Shown here: positions 48,817 to 63,300 of the stretch, in pieces | Numbering within the stretch: the first letter of the stretch is position 1 | How the letters are laid out: each line of letters opens with the position of its first letter | Assembly (NCBI RefSeq): GCF_036321535.1 | Contig: NC_087436.1 | Span: 20,896,001-20,960,000, forward strand | Direction of reading: 5' to 3' | DNA: 64,000 nt | Source: Camelus dromedarius | Lineage: Eukaryota | Program-made: the position numbers and the translations under genes | The notes under the pieces: model-generated | The model's database searches: none | Told to the model about the DNA's origin: nothing | Seen by the model: the letters and a program-made list of their open reading frames with translations, nothing else

Positions 48817-51800
48817 GTAAGTGGAATTTTTTTTTAAACGTGATGCTGTTACATGGGATATAGGATTATAGGTCAAAAGAGCAACATTTTAGTCCTATCT
48901 AACTTAAATGAATGTATAAATGAGTAGTATCTCAGATCCCAGTTTGGTGGATGGATTTTTACTGGGACTCAGCTGGTAAAGTAGAGAAAATGACACAAGG
49001 GGGCCCAGTAACTGCGGCTGAATCACAATTTTCCAGTATGAGAAGCATGCTTCTGTTCCCCAGCTAGACTTAAAAGAATTTTATCAAATATTATGGGAAA
49101 CATCTCTGCTGTGAAGGAATGTGTTGCTCTGTTGGTGTTTCAATGAGTTTAACTTGTAAATTAAAGAGTCATTAAGGAAGGTGATGGTGGATGTACAGTC
49201 CTCAGTTTTCAAGAAATTTCCCCCCCAAAATTATAATTTCCTCCTTCTCCTGCCAAAAATGTACAAGCCACAAGCATGAACTCTGAATCCACAGGGGGGT
49301 TGTTTCCCACTTTGTGGCCCACTTCGTGAGGTGTGATGCAGTGAAAAAAGAAGAAAGAAAGAAAGAGCTCTTATTGGCTTAGGTGTTATGTGGTTTGGGG
49401 AGAAATCGAAATCAATTCATTAAAATAAAGAAATAACACAGGTGCATTAAGAAGTTGTATCAGATTAGCATTATTCTTGACCTCTTCCTGAGAATGTCAT
49501 GGTTAACGTCTTCTTAAATGCAGTGTTTATGTGTCAGAAATACTAGTGCCCAGCACGTAGATCAGGAGCAGGCCATTACTTGGAATGTCTCTAGCCCCGC
49601 AGACGTGGCTGTCACTCGAGTTAGAGCAAGTCTCAAGGATCTGCTGCTGGATGGGGGAGGGAGCCAGCATTTTCTAAGATACATGAGCGGGTAAAAAGAG
49701 TGTCATGGTTAAAGCACAGATGTGAAAGACAGGCAGAACTAGGGTCAAACCTGGCTTCACATCGGAGAGCCCGGGGAACAAGGAGGCAAACGACCTACCC
49801 TTTCTTTGCCTCAGTGTCCTTGTCTGTAAAATGCAGACCATGCTGGTACCTGCCTCCTAGGAATCACATAAAGACTAAAGAAAGTAATTACCGTAAAGTA
49901 CTTACTCCAGCGCCCAGCACATAGTAAAGAGGTAAATGAGTATTTACCTATGATAATAATTACAAACTAGGAAACAAACCTGGGTACGTGATGGTGACTT
50001 CTCAGAAGTCAGGGAGAATGGAAAATTACGGGAAAATAAAAAAGTTGCTCTAATTTTTTTTTTAAGTAGCAAAGTATGAAAACATTAAGTTGAAGAAAAG
50101 AAAACATGTAGAAGGAATGCAGCCTAGTATTTAAATATAATCAAATATCTGTAGAGCTGTCACACAGAAGAGACCAGAGGCATTCGCTGTTTTGTTCCAG
50201 AGGGCAAAGGGCAAATACTCTCTCATATTAGACACATTATCTATTGGTGGTGGGGGAAGCACGATATTTGGAAAGGACTCCTGGAAAAGAAAGAAATTCA
50301 TGAAACCAGTGCTCAAGCTGATAGTGGATTAAGGCCTTAAATGAGACTCCACCAGAAGGTCGTCAAAACCAAGTGACTTTGACGCCTGCCTTAGTCTCCA
50401 GTGCCACAGCTGTCATCATCCTTACATCTGAAATCCTCAAAGAAACCCTCTTAATGTGACTACTTTATAGAATAATAGAAAGATGTTGGGAAAGATGCCC
50501 CCCTCCCTACCCCGCCCCTTACTCATTAGTTGGGAGGAGAACCTGGAAAGAATGAGGAAGGAAAAAAAAAAGATTGTTTTCTTTCTCCAGTAATCCTTAA
50601 GGATAAAGCCACTATTTCTAATTCTACATGTATCAGATGTCATCCTCCCAATGGGCAGTAACGTTTTCGAAATGATTTGATTCCTGCTTCCTGAATTCAT
50701 TCACTCACTGGTTCATTCAGTAACTATGTGTGGGGTGCCAAGCACGGAGGCCAGGGCAGTCAGACATGCGGGCTCCCGCTCAGGATGCAGGTGCCATCAG
50801 GGCAGGTGGGGGCAGGCAGTGCGAGGGAACACAGACGTTAAACAGGATTTTTTTTTAACAAAGGTAATAAATGCTGTTTATGACTTCTTTAAATTTACAT
50901 AGTGATCCAACATATTAATAACTTCTGAACTTCAAAAAACCAAATCCATTTACATTTGGTGTAGTATCGGTCACCAAAATGACGGGGGAAGGAAACTTGA
51001 TGACTGTCAGAATGTGCAGAGGTTTTCATTAAGGCAATATTGACGGAGACGACCATTTGACCAGGTGACCATCTGTCACCTCAAATGCCTCACAACTCTG
51101 GAACGCTCCTTGTGACAAACTGTCAGCGCACAGTGTTTCCTAAATTATTGATCATTAAAATGAGAACAGACAGTGAAAAATAACGCGAAGAAAATTAAAC
51201 CAGGGAAGGCGATGAACATAAGGCAGGAGGCTGATGGAGAGAAGGGCGGCAGGAAATTTTTCTCTGAGTTAGTGACAACGATGATGAGAGTTGAACAGTG
51301 AGAGGAGGCCAACCCTGTGAAATCAGGGGGAAGGGTGCTGGAGGGAGAGGGGAAGGAGAGGATGAAAGTTCTGAGACAGGAGAAAATATAGGGCGTTCAA
51401 GGAAAAGCCAAAGCTTTAATTTGAAAATCGGATTCTGATGCTAGGAAGTTCTTGGAGAGAGTTCTGTGTAGATAGACCATGAATTACCCTGGGGTTCTCA
51501 CTACACACACCTGCAGGCACACCAGGCTGAACAGCACATGCTTAGAATGACTGAGAAAGTGGGCATCTCCTTTTTCTTCAGCGATCCAAGAAGAGAAGCT
51601 TTCTCTCCATTTAGCTGTTGCAGGAATGAGTTCTGAACTGGATTTCAGGGACCACGACACTAAATTTCTTAAAGTGAAACCCGTGTCTTCATGTATGCAT
51701 CCCCTGCACTGCTGGGCACCTAGTCGGCACTCAATTAATAACAGTTGCAGAAATGACCGATGACCAGAATTCTGCTGCAGACTAGTTTAACTGTGGGCAA

Positions 51801-52749
51801 TTGACCCCCATGAGCCTCAGTTTCCTCCTGCCTATTTAATAAAACACAGAATAAATAGATGGCATCGAAAATCCCTTTCATCTCTAAACTTCAGTGACAC
51901 CTCAAGGTCAGCCTGAGATGATCTGTAGATTAGTTACCACACCTATAAAGCTCTAGCTTAGGGTGAAATTGGATTTTTAGAGAGAAATGAACACTCCACT
52001 ATGAACTCCTGGGGAAAAATTTCTAAGAGGGGAAAGAAGAGACTGTATCTCGAAATTGACTCACACTGATTTGAATTTGGGAAGTTGAATTTAACATTCT
52101 TGCCATGGATTTTTTTTCCTTTGCTTTCTAGAGGATTCTTGAAAACATCTATGAATCTACTGGAGATGCACATTTTAAATAATTTTCCTAAATGTCTTTA
52201 TAGGTTATATTTTAACTGCATCTCCTCAAACGAGCCCTAACACTCAAAGTCCAGGTAAGTTACCAACAAAAGCAGATGGATACTAGATTTCCAGCCATTA
52301 TTATCATATCCATATATTTAATAAGTACTTATCTGTGTGGTTTTCTGTGATAAATGAACTAAATCAAAACTAAAGCAAAAATACAGAAGAGAAACATCCC
52401 AGGGTTCTCTCTCAGTGTTGGGATTGGAGGTAATTTTTTTCCCTGCTTTTTAATACTTTCTAAATTTTCTGTGAAAATAATCATAAAATATAATTAGGAA
52501 AAGTTTAAAAACTCTTTAAATTAAACATACACAATCTCTGCTTTCTAAGATGTCTCTATCATTAAGCAATGCTGACAAACATTAACAGAGGAAGACCTAG
52601 ATTCCAGCATATTTATTGCATTGTGCTTATTACGACTCAAATAACTTGGTTGTGATATATACTGAAACTGATTTCAGGGACCTGATAGAGAAAAGAGAAT
52701 TGATAGTAAACATATGAGATAACCCACAGTTTATATTTTCCCATTTTCT

Positions 52750-54395
52750 GTTTTTTTTAATTGAAATATAGTTGATTTAAAATATTATGTTACTTTCAAG
52801 TGTACAACATAGTGATTCAATATTTTTACAGATTTTACTCCATTTATAGTTATTATAAAATATTGGCTATATTCCCTGTCCTGTACAATATGTCCTTGTA
52901 GCTTATTTATTTCATACAGAGTAGTTCATACCTCTTAATCCCCTACCTGTATTTTGCCCCTCCCCACTTCCCTCTCCCTACTAGTAACCACTAGTTTGTT
53001 CTCTATATCTGTGAGCCTATTTCTGTTTTGTTTTATTCATTCATTTTATTTTTCAGATTCCACATATAAGGGATAACATACAGTATCTGTCTGTCCCTGT
53101 TTGACTTATTTCACTAAGCATACCCTTTAGGTCCCTTCACATTGTTGCAAATGACAGAGTTTCATTCTTTTTTATGACTGAGTAATATTCCAGTGTATGT
53201 ATATATGTGTGTGTGTGTGTATCTCATCTTCTTTATCCAGTCATCTGTTGATGGACACTTAGATTGCTTCCACATCTTGGCAATTGTAAATAGTGCTGTT
53301 ATGAACACTGAGGTGCATGTATCTTTTCAAATTTGTGTTTTCATTTTCTTTGGATATATACCCAGGAGTGGAATTGCTGGGTCATATGGCAATTCTATTC
53401 TTAGTTTATTAAGAAACTTCCATACTGTTTTCCACAATGGCTGCAGCACAAATTTACATTCCCACCAACGGTCTACAAGGGTTCTATTTTCTCCATAGCC
53501 TTATTAATATTTGTTATTTGGAGACTGTTTTTTTAGGAATTTTATTTTATTTTTTTAATTGAAGTATAGTCAGTTTACAATGTATCAATTTGTGGTGTGC
53601 AGCATAATGTTTCAGTCATACATATACATACATATATTCCTTTTCATATTCTTTTTCATTATATGTTACTATAAGATATTGAATATAGTTCTCTGTGCTA
53701 TGCAGAAGAAACTTGTTGTTTATCTACTTTATAAATAGTAGTTAATATATGCAAATCTCAAACTCCCAATTTATCCCTTCTTACCCCCTTTCCCCCCTGG
53801 TAACCATAAGTTTGTTTACTATGTCTGTGCGCCTGTTTCTGTTTTATAGATAAGTTCATTAGTGTCTTCTTTTTGCTTTTTTTGATTCCACATATGAGTG
53901 ATATCATATGGTATTTTTCTTTCTTTTTCTGGCTTACTTCACTTAGAATGATGATCTCCAGGTCCATCCACGCTGCTGCAAATGGCATTATTTTATTCTT
54001 TTTTATGGCTGAGTAGTATTCCATTATTTAAATATACCACAGCTTCTATACCCAGTCAACTGTTGATGGACATTTCAGTTGTTTCCATGTCTTGGCTATT
54101 GTATATAGTGCTGCTATGAACATTGGGGTGCATGTATCTTTCAAATTAGAGTTCCCTCCAGATATATGCCCAGGAGTGGGATTGCTGGCTTATCATACAG
54201 TAAGTCTGTTTTTAGTTTTTTGAGGACTCTCCATACTGTTTTCCACATTCTTACAGATGTGAGGTAAAATCTCATTGTGGTTTTGATTTGCATGTCTTTC
54301 ATGATTAGCAACGTTGAGCATCTTTTCATGTGCTTATTGGCCAACAGTATGTCTTCTTTGGGAAAGGCCCATTTTCCATCTTTTAGAGTACTTAT
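52750..54395 (-). mobile_element. Nested L1s: younger L1 3' end (about 53540-54247) inside an older L1
   Basis: Two reverse L1 3'UTR/poly-T starts; the older ORF2 sequence resumes at cattcttacagatgtgagg. Confidence 0.85.
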
Positions 54396-54739
54396 TTCTG
54401 TTATGATACAGTAACTAACCCTCAAGTCCCCGGCTGCCACACTCCAGTAGCTAAGGGTATCAGAAAAGTGGCAGCATCTAGAACCTTAGGATGCTTTATT
54501 CACTGAGAGACTCCTATGACATCATGGGAGTCAGGCAGTGTTCGTCCTATACCTGTCTCAGAAAAGTAAATGACTCCAAAAACACTGCAAGCCCCAAACC
54601 ATAAAACATTCTTCTGTCAGTCACCAAGCACCATACCAACTCTCAGTGCAAAAGTGCAGGAGGAGAGTTCTGACCTCATCTTGTCTAGAGCCTTGTCTCC
54701 CTTAATATTTTAGATCAGACAGTTCTTTCATCATTTAAT

Positions 54740-54975
54740 GGTCTTGGCACCCATGCTAAAAATCAATTACCACAGATACAGGTTCATTTCTAGACTCTCA
54801 ATTCTATTCCATTGATTCTTAGAGCAATACCACACTGTTTCGATTACCACTGCTTTGTAGTAAGTTTTGGAATTGTAAGGTGTAGATCATCCATCTTTGC
54901 ACTTTTTTAAGGTTATTTTGGCTATTCGGGGTCCCTAGCAATTCCATATGAATTTTAAGGTCAATTTTTCTCTTC
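54740..54975 (-). mobile_element. L1 ORF2 fragment
   Basis: Reverse L1 motifs (ccacactgtttcgattaccactgctttgtagtaagttttg). Confidence 0.75.
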
Positions 54976-55749
54976 GTGTAAACATTTATATCAATCAATC
55001 AATCAATCAATCAATCATTCATTTAACACGGTCAGTAACTCTGTAAGATAGACAATTATTATCCCCATTTTACGAATTATGAAACAAAGGTACAGAGGGA
55101 ATAAGTAAACTGCCCAAGGTCTCAGCTCGTAGTTATGAAATTACTTTGAAGCCAGGCCGTCTGGCTCTGGAGTCCGTGCATTTCATCAACATGTTGTAAT
55201 GCCTTATTTGTCCTACACGTTGATGTTCGCAGCTTGGCACATCCTCTCTCTGCCAACATTGTCACTCAGCGTTCTGCTTGTGCTTTCACTAAAGTGAAGT
55301 CTGTAGTGAAGGCTGGTGGTCTGTCTTCTCCTTTTGGTGCAGCTAATGAACCCTAAATTTATGACTATTAAGTTAACTTTTTTGCTGTTTTTTTCTCTGG
55401 GCTAAATAACCTTTCATCTAGGGCTCTCCCTTTGATATAGCCACTCATTTCTCAGTCATGGTTGTGTTTAAAAATCAAAATGAAAGAAAAGAAACCCAAA
55501 GCACAAAACATGAATGCAGTGCCTCTATGGAAGGCAGGCGAGAAGACAGTTCGTGGCAGTGACATTGGGTCTTGCCAGGAAAAACACTGCACAAATTTGC
55601 CTTTCAGTGTCCTCCCTGTTCCATCAGGTACAGATCTCAAAACATCTTGTCAAGCAATTCAGCAACATCACTTCAAAATGAGTGTTTGGGAATGCTGGAA
55701 CACATGATAAAGTTTATCCTCATTAATTTATTACCAAAAGAACTATACA

Positions 55750-56420
55750 TCAATCACTTGTGATTGCAAAGCAGATACCTTTCAGATTCTAATTATTTTT
55801 TTTGCCTCCTTGATTTATCACAATTGGAGAAAACAGTTAAAACTTCTCACTGCTATTGTAATTCTGTCCATTTCTTCTTTTGCTTTATATTTCATGTTGC
55901 TCTACTATTGAGATATAATGGCTTGGTCAGTCCATAGTTATTTAAGAATTATTATGTCATGTATCCTTTAACAATATAAATTGAATTAATTGTCTGTCTT
56001 TTTATTGTCTTTGCCTTTAGTTTGACTTTGTCTAATATTAAAATTGTGATTTCTGGTTTTATTTATTTTTATTTTTCAAGTATACCTTGCACTCTTTTTT
56101 TAACATGTCACATTCTTTTGTTTTATTTGTACTCCTTGTGATCTAGTGTATTTTTGTTGGATTTTTTTTTTCCTGTCTGTTTTGACTCAATCTAAATGTC
56201 CTTATCCTTTAATACAGAAATTTAATCCATAGACATTTATGGATTCACAACTGACATTTAGTTTATTTTCTGTTATTTTTATTCCATACTTTATTAAATT
56301 TCTTATTTCTGATCTTTTAATGTACATGCTATAGTTTATTTGCCTATATCCTCTTATATGTTTGGAAGGTATATATCATACTTGTAATTATCCCATTAGC
56401 TAACTTTATGCTTTTGAAAG
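55750..56420 (-). mobile_element. Old L1M fragment
   Basis: T-rich degenerate L1 sequence. Confidence 0.55.
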
Positions 56421-56967
56421 CATTTGTTCTTAGAACTCCCAAACCATTTTAATGGCATTGCACACATAGAAATTCGAACTGCTTTTATAGACCCTGTATA
56501 AGCTGGAAAAGGCTACTGGAGTATGAAGCCAACTGGCCAACAGCTTGTGGGTGCCTTGAATGAATTTCAGTTGTGTCATGGGCTACTGATTCCCGCACCC
56601 CTCTGGAGGCCAGGTACTCAGGTAGGGTACAGCCATGGCTGTCAAGCAGCAGGACATTCAAGGATGGTTAAGGCATAGTGAGTGTACATTGCAATTCATT
56701 GCACACAGACACAAACACACAAACAGACATATGTATGAGACAAAATTCCACAAAATAATAACTGTCCTTACTGTGTGTGATGCACTTTGATGTAGTCTCT
56801 TCTATCGTATACAATTTGATTTTTTAACACCAGTGACAACTGTGTAACTGATTTCATAGCCCATTAATGCAGGAACTCACTATCTTGACTACATGCTGGA
56901 ATCATCTGAAGGACTCTAAAAAGTACTGATGACTGAGTTCCACATCCAGAGATTCCAAATATACCCA

Positions 56968-57291
56968 ATCAGGGGCCAAATCCAACCTACCACCTGGCTT
57001 TGTATAGCCTGAAAATTAAGAATGCTTTTTACAATTCTAAGTGCATAAAAAAATCAAAAGAGTAATAATGGTTTGTGACATGTGGATAGTCTATGAAATT
57101 AAAATTTGAGTGTCCATAAATAACTATTGGAATACAGCTGTACTCATTCACTAGTACGTTGGCTGACGTATTGTCTGTGGCTGCTGTGGCACTGTGACAA
57201 TGGAATTAAGAGCTGTAACAGAGACTGTCCTGCAAAGCCTAAATTTTTATTCATTCTCCCTTTCCAGAAAAAAAAAGTTGACCACTCTTGC
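56968..57291 (+). mobile_element. hAT MITE (MER58B-like) next to a MER5-like remnant (about 56865-56965)
   Basis: ggggccaaatccaacctaccacctggctttgta ... gcaaagcctaaa...aaaagttgaccactcttg. Confidence 0.75.
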
Positions 57292-59559
57292 ACTAAGGGA
57301 TCCCGAACCCAGATTTCCACCAGAGCCACTCCACTTTGTTTCATACACTGAGGAGCCCACCCTTGGAAAGTGCATGGAGGGAAAACAAATGTGGGGGAGA
57401 TGGGGCTTTCTAAGACAAAACCCCAAGAAATAGCATCATTTCGTATGGAAAATTGTGACTGTTATTATTTCTCAAGCAAATCAGGCTAATACCCATTTGT
57501 TTCATGAATAAGTTTCAACTCAAGATAAGGGTGATATAAGAACCTTTGAAAATGAAAAAAAAAAAATCTTAAAAGCCAGGAAAATGAAGTTTCTACATGT
57601 TTATCTAGTCTGGAGCAATGGTTCTTGTTGCTGGCAGCACATTAGACACCAGTGCCTGGGAACTGCAGATGGTTCTAATGGGCAGTCAAGAGTGAGGACC
57701 CTGATTTGGCTTCTGTTGTTCCTATTTGTCATGGTCCAGCCAGTGATGGCAAGTATCAGTGGTGTGAGAACTTTGGGATAAAGCTTTCATTTTTAATTAG
57801 AATTTTTCTCATCCACTCTAACTTCCTTAACTCCAAATCTAATGTGTATAGGAAGTTTAGCTGCAGAAATGCCAATATCTTAAAATAAAGCCGGCACACC
57901 TAAAGTATGTGAAATCCCCTTTAGTTCTGAGGATTTATGGTAAGCAAGAGTAACTGGATTGGAAGATGCTTGGCTGGAAAAAGTGAGATTTCAGTTCACA
58001 AACTGTTACTAACCAGAAACATCTGTTCTTCCATAACCTAGATCTGACACTACAGGTCACTTTACCACTGTATGTTAGAGAAATAACCCTCTCATCATCA
58101 GGTTATGCACAAGATGGATTATTATTTTTGCATCTCTGCAGTTAGCCAAAATTCCTGTTAGTGAAGGCTTGCTTGAGAGTTAGTTTCATAATTTGGTGAG
58201 AATTTAATCTTCTCTTAGTGAAACTTACTTGATGCTCTCAATCTTTTTATTCTGCATAGATTGTGGTAGGACTTGACAGACAGTTCTGCAGTCAGAGAGA
58301 TGGGAATTCAGAATCCAGCTCTGCCATTTATCAGCTGCGTGATCTTAGGCAAGTGAGGCAATGTTTCTCATCTTTGTTTTTCACATGATAATTAATATTT
58401 AATAATATTCCCTTGGGTAACTGTTTTGAAGGTGTCAAGAGAGAATGCCTAGAGTTAGCAAATACACACGTTAACTAGGAATATTATTACCTTCAACATA
58501 GAAATGGCTATGATTTGGGGAGAGTAAGTACCTTAGAGGACATCTGCTCCATTACTCTCATATTAGAAGCAAGAAACTTCTAATGACTTATTCAGATTCC
58601 TAACCAGTTAGTGGCAAAACCAGGACTAGAACTCTGATCACCTTTCTAATTGGAACAATAAACAACAATATCCCTTGCTTTCCATCTGTCCAGGCTGAAG
58701 AATGCAGTGGCTGGGGTTATGGGCTGGTTCTTCTCTCTCTTACTGCTGGCTCAGTGATGGTTTGGATGAGGATGACTGGAAGCTGGGCAGTACAGAGCCA
58801 GGCTATAAAGTTCAGGGTTCCATGTCCTTCTAGGCCAAAGCAGCTCCAAAGCAGACTCATCAAGGAGTGGTTCTCTACCAAGTTAAGGAAGGCAGAGGTG
58901 TGACCAACTGGCTGCTGGGAACTGCCGAAGCATGCAACTTGTGAGCAGAAACGGGTCATCACATTTGACATCTGGCCCACGAACTGCACCAGCTAACATG
59001 CTGTGTCCTTCTTTAAGAGCTATTGATGGGACTTCACACAAAGTGTTGAGGGCTATTCAAAACACTAAACTCAAATGTTATCCCATCAACCGCTTTATCC
59101 TTAGAAAGTTCAATTTTTCTAAATTGCAACTGGCTACTCTGGCTTACTAAAACCTTCCCAAAAAGGAAAAGTGAATGACAACAGATGGGATGGACATCGA
59201 ACTATACTATTATAACTTGACCCAGATGGAATCTGTGAGTCCTTTGGTTCAAGGGCAAAACTGAGTATTTCTTTAAATGTATTGCTTTTTAACAGTAACT
59301 TTCTCTAAACATCTTTTGGAATAGGCAAGAGCCCTGTTTATACAGTCATTCTGTAGAAAACAATACAGTCTGACAGAAAAGAAATTGAGTTGGAAGTCAG
59401 CATATGTGAGGTTTTTCCCAGTTTTCCCACAAATTAGCAGTGCAGAACTTCCACACATGCATTTATTGATCAGTTTTCACTGGTCATCACAATGCCAAAA
59501 AACTATTGCACTTATCTGTGAAATTCCTTCTATTTTAAAGAATGGTCTTGCCAGATAGA

Positions 59560-60388
59560 AACTAAAAGAGTTCAGCAATAGTAAACCTATGCTAAAAGAA
59601 ATATTGAAAGATCTGTTCTAAATAGACAAGAAGCAGAGAGCTATACAAATGAGAAAACCATAAGTGGAAATGGGATAACTATAATGAGTTACAAGAGAAT
59701 AAACATGAAGATGTTAAAAAAAAAAGGACATCAAAATTATAAAAGGTGAGACAGGGGAGCAAGAAAATACAGATTTTTTTCCTCTCTCTTCTTTTTTTTT
59801 TTCTTTTTTCTTTCTTTTCTTTTCTTTTTTTTTTTTTTCTCATTCTTTTTAGGATGTGTTTGAGCCTACATGACTACCAGTCTAAAGCAAACAGATATAG
59901 TAAGGGGTTAACATACCTGAAAAACAAGGTAACCACAAATCAAAAGCACACAGTAGAGTCACAAAAAAACAAAAAGAAACCAAGCTAATACAAAAGAAAA
60001 CTATCAAACCAGAAAAATACCATATGATATCACTTATATGTGGAATCTAAAAAAAAAAAAAAAGACAAACAAATTTATTTACAAAACAGAAACAGACTCA
60101 CAGACAAAGAAAACAAACTTATGGTTACCGGGGGTGGGGAAGGGAGTGGGAAGGGATAAATTGGGAGTTCAAGATTTGCAGATATTAATTAACATATATA
60201 AAATAGGTAAACAACAAGCTCATACTGTATAGCACAGGGAACAATATTCAATATCTTGTAGTAACCTATGGTGAAAAAGAATATGAAAATGAATATATGT
60301 ATGCTCATGTATGACTGAAGAATTGTGCTGTACACCAGAAATTGACACAGCATTGTAAACTGACTCTAGCTCAATAAAAATATATATT
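59560..60388 (+). mobile_element. Internally deleted L1: ORF1 end and inter-ORF spacer fused directly to the ORF2 tail/3'UTR
   Basis: KLKEFSNSKPMLKEILKDLF* (L1 ORF1 C-terminus), spacer, then agaaaaataccatatgatatcac at about 60010 and the 3'UTR. Confidence 0.8.
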
Positions 60389-63300
60389 TAAGAGTTCAAA
60401 AAAACAATTTACACTTGGAAAATTTAGTTTTCTGACCTGGAAACTATGAAGGCTTTTCCTATGCAGAGTATACCCTTGTAAGAGTTTGCTTTTGTAAGAT
60501 AAGACTTCTATCAACTGCAAGTCAGGAGGGAACCAAACTGAAACTCACAGCTGCGTGAGCTGACCTTATCACAGCGTGACAGGAGCTCGGCTAATGGAAA
60601 TTTGGGCAATTTCCAAAAACTGCAGGGTATTTGTCCAACACTGCATCTTGCATTCATCCTAACGACACTCCCCATGAGAAATGCCAGCTGTTTGGGAGAG
60701 CCGTGTGGTTTAGTGGCTAGAGCACAGAGGAGAGTGCTAGGAGACTGGACCTCTACTCCCTATCATGTCCTCACCCACAAGTCACCCCGCCTCCTCCGAA
60801 CACCGGGAACAGCGGCAGGGGCCCTGTCGTGCTCCCTCTTACAACGCCCAGGCATCTCAGGCTGGTAGCGTTTCCGTGAGCACCTGTGAGGTCAGAGCAG
60901 TGAGGATGAGAGACCAAAGAGGTGAATGTTCTGAAACAATTCATGTTACACAAGTATGAGATGATACCACCATGCAAATTTGGAATATTTAATATTCTGG
61001 GTGGTGTATTGACTAATTTGTTCCCTCTTACCAAATCTAAAACTATGGGATTCAGTTCAAGTCACAAATACGTACTTGCCAAGTACCAAAGCAAATGCCA
61101 TTTCAGTATCTTGGGACTGAAAAAAATTTTTTAACCAGGAGTCTGAGGCCTTCCCAAACCTTCCCTTCCATTCCATTTGGTGTTAATTTGCCACCTGAAC
61201 ATTAAACTCTTATCAGTTAGCTGCCCCTCAGCCTCCACGTAAATGCACACTCTCTTTCTCCGTATTTTATCCCATGCTATTCCTTTACCTTAATTCCTCC
61301 TCCTCCACATTTCCACCAAAAACTCTACCTATCCTTCAAGTTTCAGCCAGTGATTCACCGCAAGAAGGTGTGGGGTAGGGACTCCAGTGTAAGTTTTCAG
61401 AGCCCAGTGCAGCTAAGGAAATGTGCAGGGTTGGCTCAAGGCCCATCTCTGTTCCGGGCTGGTCAGATGCTGGATACATCTTCCATGATATCTCAAGTTA
61501 AATGTGCATCTCTTGGGCAGAGAGGTGGAATTTTTCAGGTATAGTCTGGATGTGTTCCCACAAAAGAAGTGGGGAATTAAGAAAAGGACCCTCATATCAG
61601 TATTGCTAGAGCAGAAAACAGTTTTTCTCAGTGGTTACAGGAAGAAGACACTGAGGGCTAAGAGATAATGGAAGAACTGCAATAAATTGTAAAAATTTGT
61701 GTAAAAAGTCATCAAAATGAAGACTGCATTATTATTATAAAAATTCTAGTACACAGGATGTTTGGGAATCTCAAGGAATTTAGTTGTCTTTTTTGTGTGT
61801 ACCATGCACCCTTATGTTCACCAACTAATATGCTAAAACACGAAGGAAATCTTGCTGACAAGATCTCAACCAGGCAGAGACTTAGGAAGTGGGCATATTA
61901 TTGCAAGGCAGCAGAATTACGTTTCAGTTCTGTCCCATACCAGCTGTGTTAAACTGAGCGAATCATCCAATTTTCACGATATCAAATTTCTTCTTTGTAA
62001 AGTAAGAAAGTTGGAGTAGATGTTCCAAGAGACCTTGTATGGTAATATGTAAAAGTACATTTTGAATTAATTGGGATAATATTTAGATTGACCTTTACTC
62101 AGGGAACAATGCAGACAAGTCGAAAGCTGATTAAGCAACAGAAAGGGAGGGGCCCAGAGTATAAGAGGACAAAAAGCAGAAGAGAAACCCCTCTGTAATC
62201 CAGGCCCTAAGAGGTTCAGGAAAACTGCGTCCATTGCTTAATGGTAACATATTTGCTCAGATGGCCCAGTGGAAGATTCTGTTGTAAAAAGCCCTGTTTA
62301 AAATAAGCTTAGTCACAGAAATTTTGCAACTCTGCATTACTGAACATGTCCCCAGATGTCATTAGCTGATTAGGGTCTTAGGAACCTGGGAGCGTCAGAT
62401 AGACATGAGGGCTATCAATGTAGCATCAGAACATTCTTGGTGCTTGCTGGGGATATGTTTTGTGGAGCTTGGGGTTCCTTACCTTGGATTTTGAAAGTAG
62501 CTTAAGCATCTGAGGATGTAGAAAGAGACATTTCTTTTGTTTTTCCTGAGTGACATCTTCCAACCAGGGGTTGGTTTATTTAATTTGAGGTGCTCGATAA
62601 ACTTCTTTAAATTCTTTAATTGTGAATCTATTTTAGAATAACCAGCATGTTCTTTAAATGCAATTAAATCCTAGAAAATATAAAAGCTTATCTGTGTGAT
62701 CAGAGCCTGTGTCCTTTCAAACTGACACTGGGAACTCTGAAGCCTCTGAGCGTTCCTCATACCACTCACCAAGCACAGGTATTAATCCCTATTGAAATAC
62801 TTATACAAGGTTATCTGTTTTTTCAGAATATGAAAGAAAAACTAACTATGACAAAGGTCATTTTACAGATCAGCTACCGAAATTAGATGGTTAAGGAAAT
62901 GATGTTAAAAATATTTTTTATCAAGTTATTCTTAGATCATTTATTTATTTACTATAAATAAGTATTTATTTACTTACTGTGCTGGTGGTTTTAGGTGACC
63001 GTGTTATGAAATTGTATCAGACAATTAAATCTGGAGAATTAAAGCAAGTATTTCTAAGATCATAAGTGGAAAATTTCAGCCTCAAATCAGTTTGGCAACC
63101 AACCAGTTTTTACAGAATATGCCGCTCACAGATGGGACTTGGCTAAAGTCTGCACAATTTGTTTGAAATTGCAAGGACTGTGACTGTGTTACTCTAAACA
63201 ATGTATTGCCTTCAATATTAGATATTCCTGAGTTCTGACTTCAATTTAGAGCCTTGGGACTTCTGCCTCTACTTCTTCGGAACAAAATTTCCACTAAATG

